Origin: Psammoneis japonica
Taxonomy: Eukaryota
Length of the DNA: 64,000 bases
Direction: 5' to 3'
Assembly: GCA_008632985.1 (NCBI GenBank)
Contig: QPGO01000124.1
Span: 1-64,000 of the forward strand
This document shows positions 44,771 to 59,700 of this stretch, piece by piece. How positions within the stretch are numbered: position 1 is the first letter of the stretch; each line of letters begins with the position of its first letter. Below the pieces are notes generated by a model that was given only the letters and a program-made list of their open reading frames with translations, was not told where the DNA came from and did no database searches. A program made the translations under genes and the position numbers.

Positions 44771-47700
44771 ATGTATAACGAAAGCCCTCCAACCAACTCG
44801 GGGCGTGATCGCGCCATTGAGACTCTGATCGATATGGAGCCACACGGTGCTTTTTATCGGGCGGCTCGTGCTCTGGTAAGTCTCGTTCGTACTGATTTCT
44901 ACGTGAATTCTACGTTAGAATATCTGTGAAACGGCAGTTAAAGTGGGGAAATGTGTAACTGATGTGACCTGATTTGCTGTACAACAACAAATTTGCAAAC
45001 ACGTCTCTGTTATACAAAGAAGCATGTCATTTTGTTTTGAAATTGCGGTTGAGAAGGACCTGTTGCAGTCGTGCCTATTTTGTTGACTCACTTTATTCTT
45101 GCTTTCTCGCTTTAGGACGAAGCGGTTCCGTTTGCTCTGTTGAATCGTCCCAATTTGGTGACTCGGGCCGCTCTCGTGGAACAAGCCAATGCGTTATCCA
45201 AGTATGAGATTGATTCAGCGCAAGCCTATAGCAAAAGCATGACGAGTCCTGAAAAATTAAATTGTTGCGTCAAACCCGATAATGTGAATCAAGATGGCGT
45301 GTTGAAGCATTTTGCGAAAATTCTCAAAATACAGCAACACAAATCCACCGCAGCTTCGTCACAATTGGTTGCGTCCCTTGGAAGAATTTATGGAAAGGAC
45401 AGTGAGGCCTTGCTCAAACACGTCATGGGACACGAGGCCTTGAAAGCGGATGCTGCTGCCGCTCTTCCCAAACAGACCGAGGAACAGACGGAGGAACAAG
45501 AGGAGGAGGAGGAAGATGAATTAAAGTCCACCGCGAGCTTGGAATGTATCGTGGGGAATGCCTGTAAACTGGTCGTGTCAGAAGACAAGAAGAGTTCTGC
45601 GGCGTTGGATGGATTGTTGATTGCCGTCTTGACCATTTTAACGGGATGCATGGTGACGGACGACGAGCAAGACGAAGAACAGAACCCTAATCCCAAACTT
45701 GGACGTAAAGCGGCTAGCAAACCGTCTCGGGTGGATACGCTCAAACCCAACATGCCAGCTCTACAAGTGGGAGGTGTCTTGTCACTGCTAGCCACAGTCA
45801 AGGATGACGACAAGAATACCTTTTCGCTGGATCCCAAACTCATGGCGTATTTGGGTAAGGCCGCGTCGGTTTACGAAGAGCGGATTGAAATTCAAAAGGA
45901 GCGTGTACTGGCACGCATGCAAGCCGAGGCTGCGGAAAAGGATGCGGAACCCGAAATTCCCTTTGCTCCCGTGACACCACCGTCGGCACGAGTCGTCAGT
46001 AGTGGTGAAGAAGAAACACCCAGCGGTGACAATGACGAGGGTGTCGCTACTCCTGTACAACAACAAGAAGCCAGTAATGACGGTGACGGAGCAGCAGCAG
46101 AAGCCGCCCATGTATCCGACAATGACGATGATGACGACGACGACTCGGCCGATGACGAGCAGGCAGCAGAAGAGGCTCTTCGACGACTGGTGGCTGCGGG
46201 TGGTGCGAGTGATGTCAGTGAAGACGATGCAAGGCTTTCTTTGTTGGGGGATGAGGAAGCACTCCGGAGACTCGAGGCGGCGGTTGGCATTCGCCCGATA
46301 ACGACAGCTCTGATGAGGATGGCGATGATCACTATCATCAGTTAGACGATGCACCAGACTCTGAAAATCCACAAGCGGACGGTGTTGGTGAGGAGGGAGT
46401 GGAGATTCATCGAGAGCATGATGATGCTGATGATGATGATTCGTCATCCTATTCGTCTGGACACGACGACGACGATGATGTGGTGGATGGAGAAGATGAA
46501 GAAGACATTGACGATGTGGACAGCGAAGATGAAGAAGATGACATGTTGCGCCAAGCACTCGCGCTTAGTTTGGCGGAACACGCTCGCGCCGAAGCCACTC
46601 ATGCCGCCGAAGAAACGGCGGATGCTGCCATCTTAAACGACGAAGAGGAAGGAGAAGAGCAGGGTGGCAGTGATGAAGCCCCATCCGCGGAAAGCGTTAA
46701 GGATGCTTCCGACAAGGAACCTTCCAATAATGATGACGTTTTGGAAACCAAAGGGAGCGCAAAGGATGATACAGACGAGAGTCTCCCGTCTTTGCCGGAT
46801 CCCCCGTCGAAGTATCCTTTTCAATCATGGCTTCGAAGCGCTGGGACAATGGAGGATGCTGACTTTCGCCCTTTGCAGCGTGTGGCTAGGGCCGGTTCGG
46901 ATGAAGTGCCCAATAACCCTTACCTCGACCCGTCTGCACTCTCCAGCTTTGGAACCATGCCTGTTGCTCATGTTGTGGTCAACTTGCTACAGAATGCTCT
47001 CTTGACCTTGCAAGACGAGAATGGAAAGGAAGGAGACATGGCCGATAAAGGATCTTCCAAAGATCGCTCTTGGTACAACTCCGTTCCTGGAGGTGTTGGG
47101 TCGTCTCTCTTTGTGCCTCTAACTCACGACGTTGAAGCATCCAAAGAGGAAGAAAAGGGAGATGCGCCCTCGGACAGCAAAGCCTCGACCCAGCTACTGG
47201 TTTCCGCTCTAATCTTGTTTTCGGAACAAAGAGACCTAGCTATTGAAAGCTTGCGACAGGCCATTTTGTTGGAGCATCAAAACACGGTCGACGATGATTT
47301 GGAGGAAGAGCTCAAGGAACAAGATGACGGAGGCAGAACCCCAACTTCGGACGAAGAAGACGATCCTGCCATGGCTCTAGCAATGAACTATGCTTCTGCG
47401 TCTGCTTCGGATTCGTTGGAAACCAAGGGCATGACGAGGAAAGCGAAAGCAAAGAGGCATGATGCCGCCGTGCTGCTCAAGTCGCTACAGAAACGTACGG
47501 CAGCGTGGAAGCAGAGAGTAGAGCTGTATTCTCAGTGCACCCTTTTGGTGATGAAGTGCCTGCGAACTCTTTTGCAGTCTATAACACGAAAATGGTTAGA
47601 TTCGAAATCTCATCCTGGCGACGATTTTCTTTCTCTGGGAGAACGTGCAGACTCCATTTCGTCCACAGCAAGAGCCAAGCTTTCCGAGACTCTGAATGTT

Positions 47701-50700
47701 CTCATGTCGACCACCACCTATCGGTCATTCTCAGCGTTGTTCCCTCGTGACAATGTTGACGAGGTAGAAGAGCTTTTTCTGCCTCTTCAATTGTATAGAG
47801 AGGCAGTCCTTTTGTGGGGAGAGTGTATACCGCTCCTCTACTTAACGCCAAAATCCCGATTCGGTCTAGTTTCAACTCTGATTGGTAAAAAGTATCCCGA
47901 GTCAGAAGAGGAGTTTCTGGCCTTTGAGGCACTCGATGGTCTGAAAACGCTTCCGTCGTCGGAATGGCATTCAAATTTGCACCGGCTGCGTTTGCTTTCT
48001 CAACGATTGTGTGTGAGCGATTTACTCGACACATTCGTTTCTCGTCCTATCTTGTATGACCCTGATGAATCCGAAGAGGCTCACGAAATTGCTAAGCTAC
48101 GTGAGGAGAGAGGGAAGGCATCGCGGGAGCCCGACCCAGATCGTGCCAGCAATGTGGTGGCAAAAATTGGCGTCGCATGTGCAAAGCTTGGCATATGCGA
48201 GGGCGGTGATTTGCGACAGCTGTATCTTGCTCTTTGTCACAAGTGCAATGTTAGGACGATCCTGTGGGATGGATTTCTTGCTTCTAATGGAGATACTTCC
48301 GAAGACAGACTTTCGTCATCTGTGGCATCTGCATCCGCCTCATCAGGGAGTATTCTTCGCGTTTCGGCAAACCCGTCTAGCAGTTTGCAATTTGATTCTT
48401 CTAAGTGTTCGGATTCTATCGCGGTGCTGTCAACGTCTGCCGCCTCCTCCAACGGACCCTCGGCTCATCAACGAGCTTCAAAGGTTTGGGGCACAGTTTT
48501 GTCATCGACATGCTTCAGTCCGAAAACGGGAGTGCATCGCTGGGCTGTTCGTTTAGATAAATGTGAGCGCGGCCATGTGTTTGTCGGTGTTTCGACATCG
48601 CAGGCAAGCATGAGAACATATGTTGGCGGAGATAAGTATGGATGGGGAGGTAAGATCACTGTCTCTGCCGTTGTGGTGGAAGGGATAACTCTGTTTTTTT
48701 CCAAGTCGCATATCTCAGCACTTTCGGTTTTTGTTATTGTTGTTACAAAAGTGATTGGGACGCAAGCTCTGTGGCATGACCGTCGCAAGGTACGCAACCT
48801 GCGTGTTGAATTCGTAATGCCAATGCTAGTCGCCTTCTTTTCCATTTTTCTCGTCGACATTTTATTCTCACACACGTTGTGTTCATTGTTTTGCATGTAG
48901 ATTCGGGGCGACTACGGAGCAACATTTCGAACTGGTTCAACAATAGTCGTCACTCTTGATACAGATGCTGGTACCGTGAGTTACAGCTCGTGGAAAGACG
49001 GCAGTAACTCATCCGCCGCATTCTCCGTCGATGCTCTGATTCCTTCTGCGAGTTCTCCTTCTCGTCGGCATGCCGCTGGTGGCGGTGGTATAGTGGAAGA
49101 TTGGGGAGTGGCCTTTGAGGGCCTCCCTCTCGATTCTCGGCTGTATCCCGCGGTCGGCCTGTATCAACGGGATGACCGAGTGACACTTCTCACTGTAGAG
49201 AGCGGGGGGCAATCATCATTGCGTGACGGAGTTGGAGGTATGGTGGGTGGTGGCGCTTGTTTCTATCCTAGGAATTTACTTACTGTTGGACGAGGGATCG
49301 ATGGTGTGAGCCATCACAGACGCATGGTACAAGTAAGGCGCCATAACGATCTCCTTGCTTGGGATGGCGTGCAATACGTAACTGATATGCTGGATAGAGC
49401 GCTTCAATCGTTGCAATCACCTGCCGGCCCAGACAATGTTATCCTAACGTCGGTACTCCCAAGTATTGCAGCATCCATATGCCTGATGCCTCCTTCAATT
49501 CCTGTGCTTTCTGCAAGAAGTGCATTGGCGCTTTTACCTCAACTAAACCAATGCATTCATGCGATTGACTCCCTTGTTGTTTCGCAACAGAAACAGAACA
49601 AAATTCTCTTCCATGAAGGGCTGAAGGACGGCGAATGGACAATCCGAGCCACGGGATATTCGGGAACAGAAGCTAGCAACGAACACGAAGAGTATGTTGT
49701 GAACTTTTCCAAAGTAGAGAAAGGTGGCATCGTTATCGGTTTTCAAGGGACTGGAGTCGGTACCACGGGCAAGTCAAAGAACGGTCTTGTCTCCATTAAG
49801 GGCACCGTATGTGGGTCCGCGTTGAGCTTTGTGGAGGAATGGAAAGATGCTGCCACGGGTTCACCCGACGAAGCAGATGATAGCCCCTCTTCATGTGTGA
49901 TTTCGGCACGGTTGAGTTTGGATGGTTGCAAATTTGAGGGATCTTATAGAAACGTCCAGTATAGTACAACGGGCCGTATTGCAGGCGTTTTGGGTAGCGA
50001 GGAAGGGAAAGCCCCAGGAGCAGTACTTCCAGAGCGCACCAATAAGGCAAATCATGAGCCTCTCCTTTCTTGCGAAGTGTTACTGTGTCTTGCCCACGGC
50101 CATCTTGCCGGATTGCTTGGTTCAGATGTGTCAGGGAATCATACCAATGGTACAGACTCAACAAGACCCGAAGGCTACAGTGAATCAGATTGGAAAGAAA
50201 AGTGCAGTGCATTGAAGCGAATTGTGCTGCGTCCGCTGTTCTCTCGTGGTCCGGCCGATCTTGATTCAAACAGTATCATGGAATCACTGAGACGTTGCTA
50301 CTCATTTCCTCTCCACGGTGGCGCAGCTGTTGATCGTGGCGAATATCGGGCTTTGGATGCCTTAGACGCAACACTTTCGTCAGTACACATGAAGAAGTCT
50401 CCTCGTAATGCGCTTCCTTCCCTAACCAATGTGGTCGAACTCCTCGACGACGAGGTCACAACGTTAGCCGGAGGCAAGGGGTCCTTGCACCCGATATGTC
50501 CTTCAGAATATACTGCATCGAGGCGTCAACTTATCGCAGCGATGGTTTATCACTCGAACTCACACGAGCTATTGATGAGACATTGCAAGGAAAAGAACAC
50601 CCGAGAGTCTGTGGGCGATGTCGTAATTGCTCTATGGAGGGGGGCGTTACGAATAATGGAAGATGGACTGCGAAGCATAATGGCAGCGAGTTCCAAGCGT

Positions 50701-53700
50701 TCAAAGCGTGAAGTAGCTATTGCCTTTTGCAAGATGACCAACCGCAAATCATCCTTCTTGTACTTATTGCGGCCATGTCCAAACACACTCCCGGCTGCAG
50801 ACTTGGTCAACGAGTTTTCTTCCTTCTACTCAACTGTTGAGTGCGAGTCGGACCTGGACTATATCGAGGAAGAAGTGGATTGCGCGGTCCGTAGGGCAGT
50901 CCTCCGCATGGTATCACTCCAAGAAATGAAGTCGCTCCTTTCCACAGACAACCGCAGTCTTCAGAAATGCGTCCAGTCGGTGGTTGCGCAGGAGTGTTGC
51001 GTAGCGGCACTTCCTCGGTTGTTGGGAAGAGGGTTAGCGGAAGAAGTAGTGATTACTGCGGCGGATCGCAGCAGATTGAGCAACACTGATCTTGGGGGAT
51101 ACTACCTAACACACCTCTCTGCCGCAGGCGATATCGCCGAGGATGTTCAAAGAACTTGTCGCGGTCTTTTTCAAGATATAGCCGAGCTTCTTCGCAGAGG
51201 ATTGAATCTGAACAGAGGGGGGGCATCTTCCACAATCGCGTCATCCTCCAACTCTCTAAATCTTGCAATATTGGCGTCCTTCACTACTACGATTCGTTCT
51301 TCGGATGTTGAAGACATCGTGCTGGAGAGTAAGATTATTGATTACGTATCTGACATAATTCGTTTGAACAGACCTGCAGTTGGAAATAATCAAGTCAAGG
51401 TTGAGGAAGACGATAAAGCCAACGATGACGCGATTCGAGTTTGCTATCAGGCGGTCGGGCGTGACGTGTCAAGAGCAGTTTTGCGTGCTTCGGTATCGGT
51501 CTTGCATGTCATAAGCTTTCAGCTTGCGCGGCAGTTATCCTTGACTGGTGAAGCTTTTAGCGAGACGGGCACGATTGCCTTGAGGAGGTGTGTCAAGCTT
51601 TTACATGAGGAAATCCAACAAACAATGCCGTTTATTCGATCGCTCGTAGCGGATCAAATAGAAGAATACCAAAGAAAGCAGAGAGATCGACAGTGGGAGA
51701 GATGGTGTGACGTTTGCCCATCAAACAGTGAAAGACCATCCGCGAAATCTCGGATAAAGTTGAGGAAGAAAGGGGATAAAGCAGGCGTCCTTTACCTAGT
51801 CGAACAAGGAGACTTCCCAATTCCACCCGGAGTTTCCACCAGCCCGCAAAAATTATCTTCGCGTATCAACACCGTCTCGCCGAGCAGCTCAGTGCCCGTA
51901 GAGCGAATGCAGCTGAAGCTTGGCGCTTCGTGCCACCAATTCATTTCTCAGCTGCTTCACATTTTCTCCGCGATGGTGAAGCTCCCTTCATCTTTGTCTG
52001 TCCTGCACAAAAGTAATGAATGGGCACCGGTGCTCTTGCGTGCTATTGGTCTTAAATCGAATTTGGACGGTATCCATTTGAATGGCTCGGGGTTTGTATC
52101 GAAGCTTGAAGGCGTATATAAAGTTCCAGCGCGATACAGAATACGAATTCTCAGGTTGTTATTGCCGGTGTTATCTCCTTACAAGCCAAATGAGACGCTA
52201 GTTAGTGGGTTCTTTTCCCTCGTTGGTTTGTCCTCGATGTCTGATGACTCTGAAGGGTCTCGTGATGATGAAGATTCTGTTCCGCAAGAGATTGTTTCGC
52301 TGCTACGTCACCTCTACAATGGGCCCTTTGGCGCCTGGCGACAGGCTATTCATCGCATTATTGACGAAGGTTTCGCATCTCCCATCGGTGAAAGGGAGCT
52401 TAGTCACTTGCAATTGGGGATGCTAGCATTCCTCTCTGGCTCCATGGGTACCGTCTCAAGGGGATCCTTTGTTCTTCTCAAACCTGCCGCCGCACTCTCA
52501 GTTTCCGCGGACACACAGTCGTCAGGAAGCAGTAAGAGCCACAGCGGCTCTGGAAGTGGTCCTTCCGCGTCGGGCGCAATGCCGCACCATGTTGTAGGAA
52601 ATGGAACAGAAGGCGTCATAGCTGGGCTTTGTCGTTTTGATGCATCTGCTGGCATGGTTAGCAGTGTTGATGTCAAGAACGGCACTTGTGAAGTTGTATT
52701 GACCACACGGTATCAGATCCCATCGTTTGGTGCCCATACTCTATCGCAATCTACACTCCGTGCGCGTCCGGTGGAGACTTCAGATAGGGCCGGCAGTAGC
52801 GGTAGATCGACAATGACAGTACGAGCACTTCGCGCGCCCCTCTCTGATGTTGTGCATGCTGAGGAAGTACCGCTTCTTCTGGGGACCTCTGTTCCTACCG
52901 CGAATCTTTTGGGCTCTTTGCTATCATCATCGTTGCATTCTCTTTCTGTTGCGCTGACAGAGAGGGAAGTAATTGCCCTCGAGAAGGAAGAAGATGGCGA
53001 ATGCAAGCCGTCTGAGCATCGCGAAGATAGAAGAGAAGCGAAATCTACGTCAGCTGACAACGTGTTTCGTCTAAGCGGTTCTTTGATGGCGTTGCGGGCT
53101 GCAACAACCGTTCTTGCCGATGAAGAACAGATTTCTTCATTCTTAAAGTCTTCTCTTTCAAAGGAGATTCTCTTTATAGCGCTGAAGGTGGCAACTGGCG
53201 GTCAGCATAGCAACGCCACTTTGCCCAAGGTATTGGACTCCGCTCGTTTTGAAAACCTATCCTACCTTCCCAGTCACGAGGCAAAGTTCCGCTACTTGCT
53301 ATCAATGCTTAGAGAATTGAGTTTCAGGCAAAACGCCTTAGATTCATCACCGATTTCATACTGGGAGGAACGACTTGCCGATGATGGCGCAAAGGAAGGG
53401 GGCAACGTCGATACAGTACCACCTGAAGACAGCGCGTCCAGCATGACGGGGGGCTACAGTACACCGCCTGCAACAACTGGCTCAACTACAGGTGTTTCGT
53501 CGCTGCGTGATACTTCAACTGCTGGTGACGAAAGTGACCAGGGTTCTAGCGACCGCGTAAATGAACCTAGCTCTCAGAGGTCGTCACGACCATCTGGCTC
53601 CAATAGCGCAGAGGATGAAGACGAGGCTGATTCCACGGCTGCTGCGCACCTACGAGAGGCTGCCATTGCCCAAATGGCGGAACTTGGACTTCCACGCCCT

Positions 53701-56700
53701 TGGTCCGAACTCGCCCTGCGCCGAACAGGTGGAACCAATATCGAGGCGGCTGTTCATTTCTGTCTTGAGCGAGGTGGAGAAATGGACAGGCTTCTTGCGG
53801 AGGAGCGGGAGCGAGAGCGTATGGTGCAGCGCGAGACCTCCGGAACCAGGGGTGCGCGTAGACGGGGGGCGACTGAAAGCAGCGGCTCGAATCAGCAACT
53901 TCGCCAGCTTCTCGAGATGGGCTTTCCTAGTCGATGGTGCTCTGAGGCGCTTGCCGCAACGCACAATAATGTCGATGAAGCACTGACGTGGATTTTAACC
54001 AACGGGGAAAGGCTTAGCGCAGAAGACGAAGGCATGGGCGAGGATGAAGACGACGACGAGGACGTCGATTCGGAGAGTGGCGATGACGACAGTGACACTC
54101 ATTCTGCTGGAGATGCGGAAGCAACCCGGAGCTCAGCTGAACATGACACGAGTGATGGAGTTCAAGCAGCTGCAGAATCAGCGTTAACCCCTGGGAATGC
54201 ATCGGAACCAGAGCCGTCGAAGGGTACTGCACCCACTTCTTGGTCGGGTTCCGTAACGCCTCTACGTTTCATATCTGGGCGGTCGATCATTAACCCAGAA
54301 ACTCTTGAAGTATCAGGCCTTCCTTCTGGCGGCTTCTCGTCGGTTGGAACAAAAGGTGTAATGCTCACCTCGGGAAAGTGGTATTATGAAGCCATACTTG
54401 AGAGCGCGGGGTGTCTTCAGATTGGCTGGGCGGATGGTAGCTTTTCTGGTCACTGCAACGCTGATCGGGGAGATGGCTGCGGTGATGGTCCGAGTTCATG
54501 GGCATATGACGGATGGAGGAGATACCGCTGGCACGCCTGTGCAACAGAATGGGGTTGCAGATGGAAAGAAGGGGACGTGGTCGGATGCCTCGTTGATATG
54601 GATAAACACATTGTTTCGTTTACGTTGAATGGTAGGGGAGAAGAGATTGGCATGGGCGAGGCTTTTAGCGGAAGAGGCTTTCGTCCATGCGGTGGTGTTT
54701 ATGCCTGTGTGAGTTTCAACAGGAGAGAGAAGCTTCGTCTGATATTGGGTGGAGAAGGCAGCGAACCATTTAAGCACGAACCGCCTTCCGGTTACCGAGG
54801 AGTCGGTGAAGCTGTTTTAGAAGCTGTGGGCGAACTTGATGTGCTATTGTCCAAAGAGGCAATTTTGGATGAGGATGGTTTACAAGAATCGACCTCGCAG
54901 AGTGTCGTGCCTGCGACCAAAAAGTTCTTGTGCGACTTCTCCGATGGCGAACATGGACACGAACTATTTGCGTGGCAGCATAGATACTACGGATCAGATG
55001 CGTCTGTTCATCTTGGTTCTGGTCGAACAAAGCATTCGGGGGGCAGCCTCAAGCACTCTGTCGGCGATGGTGTTGGCTTGAAATCAGCGGCTGCTGCGGA
55101 TGTCTCCCGGCGAGTGGAAAAGGAGTGGTCGAATCTCAGAGCCGGTGATCCAAACGTCGGTGAGAAAGATGACGCCGCGGCTGTTGTTGCGAAGCTAAAG
55201 CAAGGATACGAAAATGTGACTGAACAAGTCAAGGAGGAACTCTTGAATGAATGTCTGGCAATTGGTATTTTATATGCGCGAAAGTTCATATTGCATTTGA
55301 TGGTTAGCACAGGAAGCGCTTTCGATTTGAAGTATTTTGTTGCACCGAAATCTAGTCAAAAGGGAGAGAAAGCGGAGCTTCAAGTCGCTCGCCAGCTATG
55401 GAAAATGTTAGATGCTTGTGTCAGTCTTCGTTCCAATGGTTGGGTGGGCGAAGCCGGAGCGATGGCTGTTGCTGCGGAAGCACTTGGTCTGGGTATATCG
55501 AGCAACGACCACCAGCATCATGTTCGACACAAGCCTTCGGATCGAGGTCGCACTGTTTCTAAATCCGTCGGGAAAAGTGATGAAATTATCGCAGGTGGGG
55601 GTATTACCCAGTTTCTTAGCTCTACGTTGCTGTTGGACATCAGCAGTCATCAAGATGTAAGGGGAGCATCATCTAGCCTGGTGGCATGCGCAGAAGCTTC
55701 ACTAGGTAGTGGGGGTGGAGGAGGCTCGCTTGTTTTCTTGCAACAGGGTCTTCAGAGCGCAGTCTGTAAATCTGCAGCGCTACGAAATATCTTGATCGCT
55801 GTTATTCGAAGATCAGTTCGACTCCTTGCAGTTGTCAGTTACGCGGGAAACGAGTCAACAACAGATGACGTTGACGTGAGTTCCTCAGAGGCTTTGTGGA
55901 ATTTGTTCTTTGACCCGTTTTTACTAACGTTTTCGTTGTTACGCCTTCAGGATGATGATATTATTGATGGTATGGACTCTGCCTTCGAGAAAGCTTCCGG
56001 TTCTTTTCGAGACGATTTAGAGGAGGAGGGAGACCAGGATGAATCTATGCATTCTGACGCGCGTCTCGTGTGCTTTCTTACTGGCCTGCTGATGAGCAAA
56101 CCAGTTTTGGGATCTCTCGCAGATCCGAGTTCAATTATGGTGCCTCTCTTCGAATCCTGGAGCGTTGGTCTGCTATCTGCCTCCTCTCCCTGGAGAATGG
56201 TTTGCGCGCTCTCAGCTGCTGGGATACTCAATGAATGTCCTTGTGCGTTGCCACACGCGATTGGGTCGAATGCGACACTTGCTAGGTACTTCAATCGCCT
56301 CGAAATCACTGTTGCGCGGAGGGTTTGGGCGGAGAGAGCTGCTTCTCCGGTGTGCTCTCGCTTTTTGCAGTCCATGGTGGAGCTACTCGCGAGTGTGGAA
56401 CGTTCGCATCGGTTGCTTCTGCCTGCACCTAGAACGTCACGCACACTATCAGTAGACGCCGCAACTCCTATTCCGCTGGAAGCATCTCCTGGGTCCGTTT
56501 TGCGAACTAGGAGTGGGCATTCAACTCCTCACAAAAAGATGCCGCCTTCTTGGGAGTGGGACCAGGGCTGGGTTGCTTGCGACGAGGGATGGGAGTTGTG
56601 GTCTGGGACAGTTGAGTGTATGGCGGTGGAATGGAAAACGCCGTCTCGTTCGGCCGTCCGGACCCTCATGGACGGTGGTGACGGCCCGCCATTTCTTAGC

Positions 56701-59700
56701 GAAGGCTGCCAGGTGGTTAGAGGTCTAGATTGGGACGATACCGAAAACGGGTCAGAGAAGAGGACAGACGACGGAAAAGACAAGTACGACGAGGAGAAAA
56801 AGCAGCGAGAGAAGGAGAAGAAAGAGCTGGAGGAACAACAGACTGTTCAGGAAGATCCCGCTGTCGGCGATGAAGCTGAAACGGCTGACTCTACGAAAGA
56901 GAAACAAAGTGACAATGCTACTGATCCTGTGGCGGAGGATATGCAAAATGAATCAGAGCCTTCGCAATCTAGTCTGCCAGCTAGTAGCACAGAGGACAAG
57001 ACTCAGCAGAGAAAAGAAGCGCCGCCAGCATCTACCGTATCATCTGGTGAGAAGAAGAAGAAACGGAAAAAGATTCCGAGTCCCAAGCTCCCCGTAGGCA
57101 CTGTTTTGTCGATTGAACCGTGGAAAGGAATCCCAGCTATGGCCCGGAGGGTGAGGTGGCACTTAACGGGTGTCGAGGGGGTGTATCGTTTTGGAGGCGA
57201 TGGTGGTAAATACGACCTTTGCCACGTTGAAATCAATGATAAAGCAACGCGAATAAAGAAAAGGCACCCTCTTCCGGAGAGTTCTGAGCAGTGCGCAGCA
57301 CGACACGGATTTGGCGTTGCCAGGAAGTACAGTGTGTTGTTGAGGTTGCGTCGGGATGGGTGTCGACGTCCTGTCGTCGATGACGATGACGACTTCTTTC
57401 ACGAAGGAATTCTGGAATGGCCTGACTTTGGCGCTGGCATCCGAGTTGATTGCATTCTTCATTCTGATGGAGCTGTAACAGTCACTGAGCGAGAGCTTTT
57501 GTTTGGTTCAAAAGATTCTGGATGGGAGGCCCGCTTTGGCCAGCCTTCATACGTCCCAGGTACCGTCATTGTACTCAACCCAACAGAATCGTCGTCGCAA
57601 CGGAATCAATCGGAATTGGATGCGAACTCGGCATTTCTGTCTTCGTATGAGGAGTTACTTGGCAGTTCCAGTTTCACTGTAGCAGATCTAAGAAATCGCG
57701 CCGATGGTGGCAAGCTTAGGGTGACGAGCGAAATGAAGCTGCTTAGAGCACGGCGTACTAGCGCTTCCTGTGAAGAAGAGGAATCTGCTCCTCGCGACAC
57801 TATCCAGGCACCCATGCCTCCGCCGATTACTTTCGATCGCAACTTCAAAGCCAGTTCATTGTCAGTTTCTCGTGACGGAAGGACAGTCTCGTGCTTGTCT
57901 CATGATGGACGTTGCACTGCTTTCGGGGCGGTTGGATTTACCAAGGGAGTTCATTACTGGGAAGTGAAGCTCGAGCAGGCTGATATTGGTAGTGTTTTCA
58001 TCGGCGTCGCGGAAAAGCCCGGCGCCGGCGGCACTGGCGGATATTCGTATGGTGATCAACCCCGGCTAAATCGTTGGCAGGGTTGGGGTTTTGTGAACTT
58101 TCGTGCTACCTATTCTGCTGGAGCAGAGCGTGTGTATGGAGCACACTGCCACAACAGTGATACTGTTGGTGTGTTGTTAGATTGCGATGCAGGAAGGGTT
58201 TCATTCTTCTGTGATCAGTTGAAGTACGGCGAGCACATATTGAACGATTTAGGTTGTGCTTTCGAGAACCTTTCACCGTTTGGTTTCAACGCCGATGGCT
58301 GCGGAACCGGCGGTGCCGGTCAAGGTGCTCCGAGTGGGATCGAAGGAGGTAGAGGAGCCCGCTACCCTGCTCAGGGCTCCGTAAGACCTCGTTCACTTTG
58401 GCCTGTGGTTGGCCTCCGCACTCCTGGTGACCGGGTTACCATATCCTCTAAATGGATGTCTAGCTATGGGGTCGACGGAGCAACTACATTGAAAAATATA
58501 CTCGCCGTTGACGAAATACTTTGTGCGTATGACACATCCCGCGAAACTGCGGTTCGTGCGTCTATTGACCAACGTGCACTTCATGCAACTGATAAGCAAA
58601 CGGCTACGTCGGAAATCCTTCCCAATTGGTTTGTTGAGGAGGCGTTCGTGGAGTACGAGCGTTGGCGCGAAGGCAGGTGGTATCGATCGCGAACTCGTTG
58701 TAGTGGCCCACACAGACTTGCCAGTTTTGGTCTTGATGTTGATTTGGACACTTCCCCCCTTGCATGTGCATCCGCATGCGCCTCTCTTGGTTTGAGTTAT
58801 GCCCTCTTAGCAGGTGACCGTGTTAGAGTGAAACGAAGCGCAGGACGACTGCTCGAGCTCGCGGAAGAAGCTCTAGTTTTAGGAGCATATCAAGGCAGAC
58901 TCTTTTACAGAATTGTGGCTCAGAAGAGTGAGGGTGGAAGCCTTACAGAGGGTGGTGGACGCGCATGGTTTTGGGATGAGAGCGAAGTTGTTGATGATGG
59001 GCTGCAGCTTATAGGTCCTGGCAGAGGCCTCGGGCTTGAGCTACCACTGCTGGACAGGTTCAAATGCACATCGCCTGGTGGTCTTAAGGTTGTTTATGAG
59101 AAGGGCGCGGTGGTGAGACCAGATCTTGAGATTCTCGATGGTGCCCCTAGCATTGGATCGATTCCCGTTGGGACTGTAATCCCCAAAAAGGATGTTCTCG
59201 AACGTAGAGTGAACTCATGTGGTGTTGTCAGATACAAAATATATTTCGAAGCTGTTGGTCGCGGGTGGATTTCTGCTAGGATTCGTGGAGGCGACGAAGA
59301 ATCTATCGTGGTGCCTGTATCTTCTCATGATACTTCAACAGGTGCACCGGAAAGGACCTATCAGATCCCACGCGACTCGGCGGTTGCTTGGTACGAAGCA
59401 TACGCAGTGGAGTCTAAGAGCAAAGATCACCCCAAGGATGCTCTGAAGATGGATAATCAGTGGAAGATTATGGATGTAGATGAGTTTCAAAGTCTGCTTT
59501 CTCAGGGGAAGATCGCTGGGCTGACGTCGTTCCAATCGGACGAAAAGCTTGCAGCGGCCGTAAGTGCAATCGCTGATTTCTCTGAATTTGGAGATCCAGT
59601 AGATTGCTGCTTCAAAGACGTGGTTGGGGCAGTGTCGTTTGCCGTTGATTCCAAGAGCGGTAGAATACAAAGCACCAGCTCTGTTCCAGCGGCAAATCAG